A stretch of 63,150 nucleotides of DNA, filler included, from Klebsormidium nitens (Eukaryota > Plantae > Klebsormidiophyceae), in NCBI GenBank assembly GCA_000708835.1. It is 8 parts of 8 records of this genome, joined end to end, with 100 filler letters (N's around TTAATTAATTAA, not from the genome) between each part and the next. Parts side by side here need not be neighbours in the genome. Positions count along the whole stretch, not along the records: positions 38,575 to 44,339 come from DF238402.1; positions 44,440 to 54,110 come from DF238187.1; 6 more parts are not named here. One strand, given 5' to 3'. This document shows, in pieces, positions 38,676-49,781 of this stretch (positions are counted from its first letter, which is position 1; each line of letters starts with the position of its first letter). A program made the translations under genes and the position numbers. The notes beneath the pieces are model-generated. The model made no database searches. It was not told where the DNA came from and saw only the letters and a program-made list of their open reading frames with translations.

Positions 38676-41600
38676 ATGTCCTCTGTTTCGTGCCACTTTC
38701 CGAGTGGCGTGGCATTCCTCCATCAGTGCTGCAAAGCATCTCACCCAATTGCTAACTTTCTACCGCACGGCCAATTGCTTTGGGCGAAGGCAATCTTTTG
38801 GCCGCGCCAGGCTGAACGGCAGAGGCCTCGTTCAGCTAGGCAATCATTAACCCTTGCAAAATTGGCCCAGGACTTGACACACAAGGGTCACAACATGGAA
38901 GACAGAGGGTCCCACTTCTTTGACGCGCACTGTCATTTGCAAGACCCAAGACTGGATGGTAAAATAGACGAAGTTCTCAAACTGGCCTCTGGTGCTGGCG
39001 TCAGGTGGTGTGCAGTGAATGGAACTAGTGAGGTGAGCTGAACAAAGCGCCTGATGGAGAATCTGCATGCAGCAGCATTGAATGAAAGTTTTGAGCTGGA
39101 AAAGGGTGCCCCAGGTTGGGACTTTGGACTGTCTGCGTCCCAACTTGTCATTTGCAGACAAATACTTTTTGTCACTTTTGGTGAAGAAGTTGACTCAGGC
39201 TGAGTCCATTCATAGATCACACATCACCACTCCCTCCAATGCCTAATGACCTTCTGCTTCAGAAACTCAATCTCATCTGCTCTTCGTTTCAAGGTGATTC
39301 GACATGCCCAGAGCACTCTGAGACAACACTGCTGATTTGTTTCTTCTATCAACTCGTCCGACGAACTCTTTCCTTTCTCGCACACGGCCCCTGTATGCAG
39401 CTATTTGTCCGCCCACCCTTCATGGATCTAAAGTGATCCAGCTTGCCCAAAGCTTTCAACTTTTACAAACCCCCTACTTAACCCCCCACTTAACCAGCAT
39501 TGTAGGATGACTGGGACAAAGTGCGGGCTCTGTGCGAGCACTACCCTCAGCTGCTGCCAAACCTCGGACTCCATCCCTGGTACGTGGGTCAGAGGAGCCC
39601 CAACTGGCTGGAGGCGCTCCGGGAGCGCCTTGAACAAGTGCCTGAAGCAGCTATAGGTGAGGTGAGGACAAGGATGGTTAAGGATTGTTAAGGATAACAT
39701 CCATTTGTCACGATTAGCTCTGACCGACCAGGAAAACCCTGATCAACTGCAGAATAACCAGCAAACAGTAATTATGTGGCTGATCTCCAATTTCTGAACG
39801 TGAGTGCTTCCTTCTGTCAGGTTGACTACAAACAAGAGTTGACGGGAATGGAAACTAAGTTTTTGTGTAGCGCAGTTGATCGGACTCCAAACACATTTGG
39901 ATGTATCCTGCCTCCCCTTTCTTAGCTGACTCACTTCCACAGTTTTGCAACAGGGTTGCTATCGCTTTTTGTTGGACAACATACTCGCTCTATTTCATGA
40001 ACACGCTTTTACTAATCAGATCTCTGATGACACCCTGACTCATGCAGGTGGGACTAGACAAAGGCAGGAAGGGGAGCGAGGTGCCAATTGAAGAGCAGGT
40101 GGGTTCGCTGCAACCTGCCTTTCAAGAAACTGAGAGGCAGGTTCAAAGCCGCCTCATTCTCAGTTGGTGCCTCGCCTCTCCTATCTAGCACTGATCAACT
40201 TGTTCACTTGTCTTCACTCGGTCTGGCCATCGTTTTCTTCCTTACTCCAAGAGCTGCTTACATTGGCTACACAACTTTTCGTCCAGTTTAGTATCGTGAG
40301 TGTGCGAGCTGCTTCACTTGTGCGCTTGTCAAAGCGCCACCATCCCTCCTCTTGTCTTAGAGTCATTGCATCACAATCCGACCAATCTAGGAGTACCACT
40401 CAAAAGTTACGTGTCTTTTCCAGGTCGAAGTCTTCAGGGCGCAGGTCGAGCTGGCCCGCGACCTCGAGCGGCCCGTCTCCATCCACTGCGTTCGAGCTTT
40501 TGGAGAGCTGCATGACGTCCTCAAGTGAGCTCTGCCCTTCGACTACCTCCGTTGCGCATGCGGTTGCGAGGTATCCCGTCTTCTGTCTTCAACGGGGAGG
40601 CACTGACGTTCGGTCTGTTCCCTTTTCTTAGTGGAATAAACAAGACCTGTCTCGGCCGCCCATGAGTGTAAAGGAGGGATGCTTGATCACTTTACTTTGT
40701 CAAATTCTGAGCCTCGAGCATCTCCTCGTTGGTTCCTTGAATTCTGCACCTTTTCCGGCGGCAGCTCCTGATCTCGTCTATCACACCTTTACTAGTCCGC
40801 ACAAATCCTTACCGAAAAGTCTTTGCTTGGTTCTCCTCTTTCACCTCGTTACGTTTGTACTTCGTCAGTCGCTCGTGGATCCGCTCTTTCAGCGTCGTAC
40901 ATGCGTCAACACTAAGCCCCAAACCAGACTTACACTGCCCATGGCCGGTTTAAATTACACAATCGAACGGCTTTCACTTGATCTCTCAGCCCTTGGCCCT
41001 AACTTTAGGTCCGAACTCCATAAGTGACACCTCCTTCGAGGAGTGGATTCCTTTGCCTTCTCTAGGCCACTTCTTCGTCGCTCATTGTGCAAGCGGGGCC
41101 CCTTTCTCGGCAGTTTGTCCTCCACTCGGCTTCGTCCATTACGCTCGTGACTGAGGCGCTGCCAAGATGGCGCAGCGCTCAATCCCAGCCTTGTCCGATC
41201 CATCGAAACTTTCGAACTCCCTTCGAGAACCTCTTTACATTCATGGCTTCTCAGTCAGTGGGCCCCTTCCCGGTCGGCAGTCTTCCTCATTTCCTGGATG
41301 GGCTCCGCCGAGATGGTCACGGCTCTTGGCCCCAAATCTTGTCCATTTGGTTTCAAAAGTCACAAATCCCAACCCTCAAATCCTAATCGCTAAAACTAAC
41401 GTAGTGGATTCTTTCCTCGCTTTTCCAGGTCGGTCGGCCGCTTCCCGGCCGGCGTCCTCCTGCATTGGGCTCGCTGTTAGTGTCACAGCGCTTGGCTGAA
41501 TCCCTGTCCGTTCAAACTACTGAAGTCACACATCTGTACCCCTAACATATAAAACCGTCAAACCCAATCATGGAATCTGTTTCGCTTTTCAGGTCAATCG

Positions 41601-43783
41601 GCCCCTTCCCGGCAGGCGTCCTCCTGCACTCCTGGATGGGCTCCGCCGAGATGGTGAAAGCGCTCGCGCCCCTGAACGCCTACTTCTCCATCTCGGGCTT
41701 CATCACCGGCATGTCCAGCAAGAAGGCCGACAAGATGCTGCGCCAGGTCAGCGGACCGCTCGATGACGTCATCGTGTCGTTTAGCATTTACTTTGAGTTG
41801 AACGCGGTTTTCTGCCAGCTTGCGGGATGGTGCATCATCGTGCGCAATTCGTTCCTCCTGGTGAACGACGAGGTTGACAGGATACTGCGACAGCTTTAGT
41901 CGGCCGCTCGGTGTAAAGTGCCATAACCAATTTATAGGGCCTTTTCTCGCGTACTGAAGAGGAAGCTGAGGAGCTTCTCTGCCGGTCAGCCGATCCCTTA
42001 CTGGATGGTTGTTGCAATTGTGCGATCTGGGTCCTTCTGGTGATCAAGAAGGTCGACGGGTGTGCGCCAGGTCAGCGGGCCCCTGAACATCTGTTGACGT
42101 CACAAATCCATTGCTCTCCTCTTACCATACAAGTGGAAGCCCAACGGGTTCTCTGTCAGGTCAGCGGGTTGATCACGGGACGGCCTAATTTTTACGTGCG
42201 TTGTGGGGTTCTCCTGGTGAGCAAAATTGGCCTGGTTGACAGGACGATGCTCCGCCAGGTTAACGGACCGCTCAGAACGAGATTGCTTTATTTAGCAGAT
42301 AACCGAGGTCAACAAGCTTCTCTCCTAGGTCAGCTAGGTCGCGTACGGGACGACGATGTCACCAGTGCGATATGGGTCTCCTTCGTGCGAGCGAGGGGCA
42401 GGCAGGATGCTGCGCCAGGTCGCCAGACCGCTCATGGACTGATGGCGTCGTCATGCAGTATGAAAGTGCAATTTTGCGCCAGCAGGGTTTTACAGACCGC
42501 TTGTTAGAACTACGTTGTGCGGTCCACCTGTCAAAGAGTCGTGTGCGTAAACTGGGCAGGCTTGGCTGTCGCAGCAGATAGCACGGATATGGTGAAACAC
42601 ACGCCCGCCTGAGGTGGTGACTTCTGAGGACAGCGCAACTCTTGATGACGATCTGTAAGCCGTCTGCTTCTCGTTTAATTTCACGTAAGGATACCGACGC
42701 CGCTCTCCTCCGCAGATTCCGCTCGACCGGCTGCTACTGGAGACGGACTCCCCGGACGCCTTCCCCGACGCGGACCCGTCCATCCTGACGCCCCTCTCGT
42801 CCGGATCCCCGAGCGATCGAAGCGACTCTACCGGTCAGAGCGACTCCCCCGGCTGCTCTTGTGGCGACAACGCAAGCCAGCAGCTGGTCGGAGAGGTCGC
42901 CACCAAGAGCGGCGAGCACTTTAGCCAGAGCCCACGAAAGAGTCCCTCGGGGGGCGAGCGAGAGCGGGACAAAGAAAGGAGAACGGAAGAGGAGAAGCTG
43001 AACCATCCTGCGAACTTGCGTGCGGTGAGGATCTGGCTCGCAGCGTCTTACCTCCTAAGCGACTTGACAGATTTGGTCAAGCGAGCAGCACCTTCACAGA
43101 TATGCAAGTGTTGCTGAGAGGGACCCAGAACGTTGTTCTAAAGGGGTTTTGAAACGGGCGTGCGGCACATGCTTTGGCTGTGGAGAAGGGCCAGAGTACT
43201 GATTGAGATTCAACTTACAGTCACAAGTTGAAGGTCCGACCGCAACGTCTTGACGTCTGGGTTTGAATCGCTCGGATCATATTGCATTAAGGTCGGTGTT
43301 CTGATTCCGTGTTGCTCAGTCTCCCTCGTCATCGTTTGAGCATGGGTCGCTTCTCCTATACCACAGCTTTGTTTCGTCGAGAAAAAGGGTCCTCGCGCTA
43401 CTGGCATGCTTCTTGTACTGCTCGCCGGAGGTGAACGCCATAATCTGCTGCATCCCCGAGCTCTGCAGGCAGCGCTTAGCCTCTGGCTGAGACGCTTTCC
43501 CAAAATGGTCGAAAGAGGCTAAAAAGACGGTTTCGAACCCCTCAAACCGTTCCGCTTCTGAGTTCTCTAGCTTTTCCGCTCCAACTTCATCTGCCGGGTC
43601 GGATCTCCGCCGCCGATTTTGAGCTGACGGAGTGCCGCTCGATTGCAGATATTGCAACTTGTTGCAGACAAAAGTGGCCGTAGCATTGAAGACGTCCAGA
43701 GCGCTGCATATGAGAATACAGTCCGACTGTTTTCTTTTAAGGGCTCCAAGCTCGTAGCTCACAATCCCTCAGTGAAAGGCTGA
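38676..43783 (+). CDS. TATD: TatD-family metal-dependent nuclease, apparently intact, 7 exons
   Basis: Exons 38676(or 38895)-39032 (DAHCHL, VNGT), 39506-39661 (GLHPW, IGE), 40048-40098 (VGLD), 40424-40524 (PVSIHCVRAFG), 41593-41746 (LHSWMGSAEMV, YFSISG), 42716-43024 (DRLLLETDSPD, LNHPAN), 43649-43783 (YENTVRLFS). All GT-AG with consistent phases. Confidence 0.95.
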
Positions 43784-44440
43784 CGGCGCCCTACGGTTGG
43801 ATTGTTCGAAGAACTTCACTACTAGCCAAACACGCTGCGGGAATGTCGTTCCCTGAGAGGGTCTGGCTCAATTGCACGGCATCCCACGGGCTAGGTCTGT
43901 GATCCAGCTAGTGAAGGGAGTGCTGTCCCCGAAAAGAAGTCTGTAAGCAGCGGCAAGCCGGACTTTGAAGCGAGAAAGCTGGGATGAACTAGCGCAGGGT
44001 TCAGCACAGGAGTGATGGGGAACCTGATCAATTGCTTTTTGCATTAGTTTGTATTGCGACAGCAAGCACGCCTTAAGCAAGTAGCTCAAAACATGGTTCA
44101 CATTGAGTTTTTGGCTCGATCCTTCATTTGAGAGTGTTCGTATATATCTCCATGAGTAAGATACATGCATATGTACCTGAACGCAATTTTGATTTGTAAA
44201 AACTGAAGTACCTGGCATCTGCGTACGACATGTAATATTCCGACTTGCATGCATGGCCTGACATCTTTGATATGGCGGATATGAGAACGTTAGTATGACC
44301 GTGATCATTAAAAGCGCGCACTTTTGGCATCTCATGATGNNNNNNNNNNNNNNNNNNNNNNNNNNNNNNNNNNNNNNNNNNNNTTAATTAATTAANNNNN
44401 NNNNNNNNNNNNNNNNNNNNNNNNNNNNNNNNNNNNNNNC

Positions 44441-44927
44441 CAGGGCCAAAAGTGGCAACTCAACTGAGCCCCAACTGGGCTTCAAATGATCCAGTTCATT
44501 CATAGCTTACATGTTTGGATGCTTTTATGGCCACCAGGTTCGATGGAAGTCTCTGGTGGCACGATGTTGTCCTGGCACTCTGAACCAATCCCCAAACTCG
44601 GATCAACCCCATGAGCAATCCCCGTTTATTTATGCGCCAGAAAATCAGAGCGCGAGTTCATCAATCCTAAGCTGCGTTCCTTTGTTCACCATCCAAGATA
44701 CTTCAAAGCTACTCACCTGGTTTGAATCAATGTTGAGTCATCTGAGAATCATGATCCTTTACCGTTCAGCCACACTGTGTGGCAAATTCCGGTGGCCCTA
44801 GCAATTTGAGCACCAATGATCAATCCACAAACTGAGCTTCTAAACCTTAAAGTGAGCATGGCATAAGTCACAGCATTCAGTGGGAGACTCAGTTGCTAAA
44901 AAGCTCATCTTCATAATGACCCTAGCT
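44441..44927. mobile_element. Non-autonomous hAT-like element (CAGGG/TAGGG-type ends), copy 1
   Basis: Starts CAGGGCCAAAAGTGGCAACTCAACTGAG; imperfect inverted end CTCAGTTG...TGACCCTA. The first ~340 bp are duplicated at 45605-45943. Confidence 0.5.
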
Positions 44928-45004
44928 TTCGACCAGGTAGGTAAACAGGCTAAAAATCCCATTTTTGAGCCATTTTGGGCGATTTTCCTAGTATTGAATA
45001 GCAC

Positions 45005-45608
45005 CAGGGCATCGTGTCAAAACACTTTTATAGCGGTGCACTGAACTCCGGTTTTTTAAAGTTTCGAGGGGGGCATGGAAGCCGGTTTTGAGTAGAACCC
45101 AAATCCGTCCGACGGGGTATGGAAGCCGGTTTTGATTATCCCTCTTCGACTCTACTTTTGGGGCGGGGTTATGAAAGGTGGTTTCACTGGTTTGAGGAGT
45201 TAATTTTGAAACTTACTTCAATCCATTTCTGGAGAGGAGCGAACTGAGCGACTCGTTTCGGGGGTCGTCTTTCCGGCAATACAGACTGCAAATTCTAAAA
45301 CCACGAGGTATTTTAAACAGGTTTTCGGCTAGCTTTGTAACCAATACTCGACGGAACGTGGCCGGAACAAGTCTCTGACGTGGTTTAAAAGAAAACCCAA
45401 CACCTTTTGCAAGCCAAATCAGAGATAAGGGGGAGGAAAAGATGGGTTCAGATATCGTACTACTAGGGGTCGAAACATTGCCTAGAAGGAGTCCCCCCCC
45501 GGAGGTCGGTTTAAGATGCTCGTTGACCTTCAAACAGACCCCCTGGAAGTCGGTTTTTTTACCGGAGTTCAGTGCACCGCTGCAAAGGTGTTCTGACACG
45601 ATGCCCAG
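45005..45608. mobile_element. MITE with ~55-bp terminal inverted repeats
   Basis: CAGGGCATCGTGTCAAAACACTTTTATAGCGGTGCACTGAACTCCGG at the left is the near reverse complement of 45558-45608. No TSD found. Confidence 0.65.
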
Positions 45609-45943
45609 GGTCAAAAGTGGCAACTCAACTGAGCCCCAACTGGGCTTCAAATGATCCAGTTCATTCACGGCTTACATGTTTGGATGCTTTTATGGCCACC
45701 AGGTTCGATGGAAGACTCTGGTGGCACGATGTTGTCCTGGCACTCTGAACCAATCCCCAAAATCGGATCAACCTCATGAGCAATCCCCGTTTATTTATGC
45801 GCCAGAAAATCAGAGCGCGAATTCATCAATCCTAAGCTGCGTTCCTTTGTTCACCATCCAAGATACTTCAAAGCTACTCACCTGGTTTGAATCAATGTTG
45901 AGTCATCTGAGAATCATGATCCTTTACCGTTCAGCCACACTGT
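45605..45943 (+). repeat. Near-identical direct copy of 44440-44778, truncated on the right
   Basis: The ORF track gives almost identical 96/97-aa translations (44511 and 45676). Only a few substitutions are visible. Confidence 0.9.
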
Positions 45944-46289
45944 ATACAAAAAAAACAAATACAAATTAAAGTTTAGGTCGGAAGTAAGACGGCGCTTCCG
46001 TGAGTACCCGTGACTATATACCGTAGTGCAAAGGTATGAATCCGAATCGATAAACACGTATCTACCATTCGGATTGCATGCTACATTACCTATTTGCCAT
46101 TCGGCAAGTGGTTTTTCGGATTCACTAAGTAAATGTGAAAGTTCGAGTGACTCGCGGTCGAAGCTAGCGGAGAATCAATCATGTGGTTCTCTCAGACACG
46201 TGCGAACCAAGTGAGTGTCGTCGCACTGTGTATGTTAGTACATATTCACAGCTTCTGAATGTAGAGAGTGGCAATCACGATGGCAATGC

Positions 46290-46790
46290 ACCCTGCGCCG
46301 GATAGCGTTGTAGAGGAAGCGTGCAATCCCGCCCCTATTACTATGCCCGGTCACTTGCTTGATGGAAAAGGGTAAGTGGTCGGGGAGTTTGGGTAAGATT
46401 CGTTTGCAAGATAAGATCGGATTAAAGACCGACACCTGCCCCACGGGTTGAAGCCCATGGTGTCCAAGAGGCGGCCGCCGGCTCGGCCGTCAGCCGAGCT
46501 ACATATAGTTACCGGCCGCATGACCGGGCACTACTACATACACCACTTGGTCACCACCAGCCTCCCGGTCCATAGCCCACCGCGCTGTTTTGGCCGGCTC
46601 AGCGGTTTCAGAAAACTCGAGTACTTGCCGCCTATAATCAAACCTTCAATCGAGCGTCCTCTCCGAGCTAGCTCAGGGCAAATGCACTAAATATCGCGTC
46701 CAACTGAGATATAAAGTTATGATTTTACATCCGTCGTCGAGGCAAGTCCGTAAATCTGGTCGACCGTACGAGCGTGTTGAAAATTGTCAC
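46290..46790 (-). repeat. Dispersed coding-derived repeat (copy 2)
   Basis: SCKRILPKLPDHLPFSIKQ...SNRGGIARFLYNA. Nucleotide anchors ACGGTCGACC, AAACAGCGCGGTG and TAGTGCCCGGT are shared with 14070-14600. Confidence 0.7.
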
Positions 46791-46795
46791 AGTAC

Positions 46796-47426
46796 TACCC
46801 AGGGGTTCTGGCGCCGTGCACATCGCCGTGCATAGCACGGCCGGGGGAATTTCTGCACGGCCGGGCGAAGCCCGCCGTGCAGATTGCCGTGCAGGCCCGG
46901 TGACCTTGTTCCGGCCAGTTGTCCCGCTGACGGCAATAGTAAGTACCTGATGATTCGAGTACGGTAGGTATATTCAGGGCACATTTGTCCGGCTATATTA
47001 GACTACTCCGACCCGGCCCGGCTTTACAGAACCTTGGAAGTTGGCCCCCTTGAATCATACCCGCAACTATACTTTCATGTGTGGCGGTTGATGGAACCTT
47101 TTGAACGGTAAAGATCTTCTTTCAAGGCTGAAAAGCCTCCAAAGATGCTCCTTGGGGGTTTGAAAGAAACCCGGGTCCTGGATGCAGATCCATTAACGTC
47201 GTATGCGGTTTGATATCGGTCATATGGTGCGGAAACGCCCAAATATCAATGTCATTGAATAGCAGGCCGTACATGGTTTGCAGCGTCAGGGCCCAGGGGG
47301 GGAAAGCCCGGGCAGAGTCATCGGCTCGGGGCTCTCAACTGCACGGCCGGCAAGGCCGTTGCACGGCCGGGAGGAGCCCGCCGTGCAGAATGCACGGCCG
47401 GGAAAAAATTGCTAGAACCCATGGTA
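46796..47426. mobile_element. MITE-like element with imperfect TIRs and GCACGGCCGG subterminal repeats
   Basis: TACCCAGGGGTTCTGGC versus inverted TACCATGGGTTCTAGC. Clusters of (T)GCACGGCCGG/CCGTGCA occur near both ends. Confidence 0.55.
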
Positions 47427-48412
47427 CTACCTACCTATACAGTGCATACCGTAGTTCACTGCACGCCGAGTGTGTTTGACATACGTCACGGTACGGCCGG
47501 GGGTCCGGTACTGTATACAAAATGTGTAAAGTTCCCCGAGTCTCTCACAGGAGGCCGCAATTGACACTACATCGAAACTTCTCATCTTTCAAGCTGGGGT
47601 TGCGAACACCGTCGATGCAAATAAACAAATACCTACGGCTCATTGAGCCTTATTCTGCACACGAATCTGGCCCCCAGATTTCCAGTGATCATATGTCCCC
47701 TTCTGCAGCCTCCGTGAGTTACAGAGTAATAGGGGAGGGTCCGTGGCATTCTTCAACAACGGCCAATTCCACAACACCCCGCCTGCTTGCCGGGGCGGTC
47801 GCATCAGCACCGTCAGATGGATTGAACCGTGCGATCGGCATTCAGATAGCCGTCCATTCTTTTTTGCTGAAATATATTTCGACGTCGTCTGGTTACACGG
47901 TAAACTTGACCCCTCCGGTCTGGACCTGGCTCCAAAAACGGGGAAGAAGGTACCTGGTCAGCTTGCTGGAGAGAAGGCAGGAAAGGCGCTATTTCAAATT
48001 TGAAAAGTAGGCAGGAACTCCCTAAAACCGTGGTTTTCGACATTTCGAACTTGGCACCTTTGAAGAATAGCGCCTCATCAGGCACATGCGAGTTGGTTTG
48101 AGCGGGAAGGCTTGGACCTTCGAGCATGGTCCACACATTCAAATCTGATCCAGTCAGCACAAGCCAGAATCAGCATAGGGACCAGCCGGATTCAAGCCTG
48201 GGCACCATGTTGGAGGAATTTTTGCAAGTCCTCAAACTTGGTGTCTGCACTCCTAAGGGTGTTTTGAAGATAGTGACCGCACAGAATTGTCAACGGAGAA
48301 GAATCCATTAGTCAGCAAGCCTTGCTTTGGAAGGAGTCAGGAGCTTGCTGCCTATCAGTTTGCTCTGTGGGAGGCAACCTGGTGCTTTCCTTTAGTCACA
48401 CAGCGTCTCTGC

Positions 48413-49512
48413 ATGGCGGGGGGTAAGCGACCAGGCGGCAAGAGAAAAGAGTCAAGGTTTGCTGATAGAAAGCGGCCAAAGTTGACGAAAGCCCAAAAGG
48501 AGAAGCAAGCAGTGGAAAGGGCCCAGATCCCCCTCAACATAGTTTCGAGCAAGAAGCTTGCATTTTGCCCATACCATGGGGAAGAGTTGGAAACGTCCCG
48601 CTTGGTGTGCAGGATTTGCCGCAAGGGTTTCCTTGAGCGAAGAGTTGTGAAGTGTCCGCCTGATGCTTGCTCTGTGGTAGTAGACAGCAGGAAGTACCGA
48701 GCAGCTTGGGTTCGCAAGCTTTACAATAGGTTGACCACTGAAGCCAATGCTAAGGTCAAGTACTACATTGAGCCCCATGTTGATTACTGGATTGTGCAAC
48801 AAATCTTTTCCAAAGATCTTGACGCTGAGAGCTGGTCCACGCCTAGCGCGGAAACGAACATCAAAATCCTGCAGACCACTTGGGCTGTGGAGGATTTTTG
48901 TAGGTTTGGAATTTTGACAAAGGGTTGAGAAGTTGTAAGATGACAGATAGGGGGGAGATCTTCATGGTGGTCCCTCCTGTTGAGGTTAGCCACATAGAAA
49001 GCAAGCTCACTGGAGCCAGAGTCATCATCACTTTTGCTTGGATTCAATTGACAGCGGCAGGGACAATCATTTGGCCAGAGGGTGCAGAGGACCCTGCGCA
49101 AGGAAGGCCGCATGTCGAGGCGCGGCTGAGAGATATTGCTTGGGACATGTCTGACTGCGAGTACGAGCTGGCTGACGGCCTTCTGGAAAACTCTGAGAAT
49201 AGGTTAAGAACAGCGTACCAGACGCAGGAGGCGTTTGATCAGGCGCGAGATGAGCGAGATCTAGACAGAACGCACGTCTTGCCGCAGCCCAAGCCTGCTC
49301 GTAGTGCTGTACAAACAACGGTGGTGGCAACCCAATCTCAGAGCGTGCAAACCAGAGAAACAGCGTTTCCAGCTTACAGGGACGAATGGGCTTACAACCC
49401 GTACATGGGCTGGAAACCTGATGACGGTGAGTCCAACAAACTCTCAAGCCTGTTGGTGGTGTTCTGGTTCAGAGCATGGAAAGGTTCCTCAAGCTGTGGC
49501 ATTGTGAAATGA
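48413..49512 (+). CDS. Unknown, probably nuclear protein (basic N-terminus, CPYH...CRIC zinc-ribbon-like motif), frameshift near 48925; convergent with the transposase
   Basis: ATG 48413 opens MAGGKRPGGKRKESRFADRKRPK; ORF runs to 48928 and an overlapping frame continues to 49512; possible donor GGTGAGT at ~49427. No recognisable family. Confidence 0.55.
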
Positions 49513-49781
49513 AGCATGTGGATGCATACATTTGCATGCAGAAATAGAGTGCTTGGATCCATTGTACCTTGTGCAAGTGATGGGTTTGTTCAATACAGTT
49601 TCGCCGAAGCTTATGGGCACACGTCTGAATGATTGAGCTTAGTCATTGCAAATGTTCAAAGGGTTTATAAACCCCGCTACTGCCAGTTTCCATGCTTTTA
49701 TTTCTTCAGACTACTGTATAGGATTGTCCACATCCTCTCTAGCCTTTTCCCTTCAAGTACTGGTCTTTCTCTACATATCCA

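Noticed and set aside
43868-44030. Possible terminal exon of a minus-strand gene downstream of TatD
   Set aside because: Only ~55 codons after a CAG, no homology recognised, and upstream sequence is lost in a gap.
44773-44779. Perfect RSS heptamer (CACAGTG on the minus strand); also CACAGTA at 46788 and TACAGTG at 47438, near the RAG1-like transposase
   Set aside because: No nonamer at 12 or 23 spacing and no matching inverted end found. The 44773 site is internal to another repeat, and 7-mers are expected by chance in 63 kb.
48413-49512. Partner gene as a RAG2 homolog
   Set aside because: No kelch-repeat signature or PHD finger visible; only the orientation is similar.
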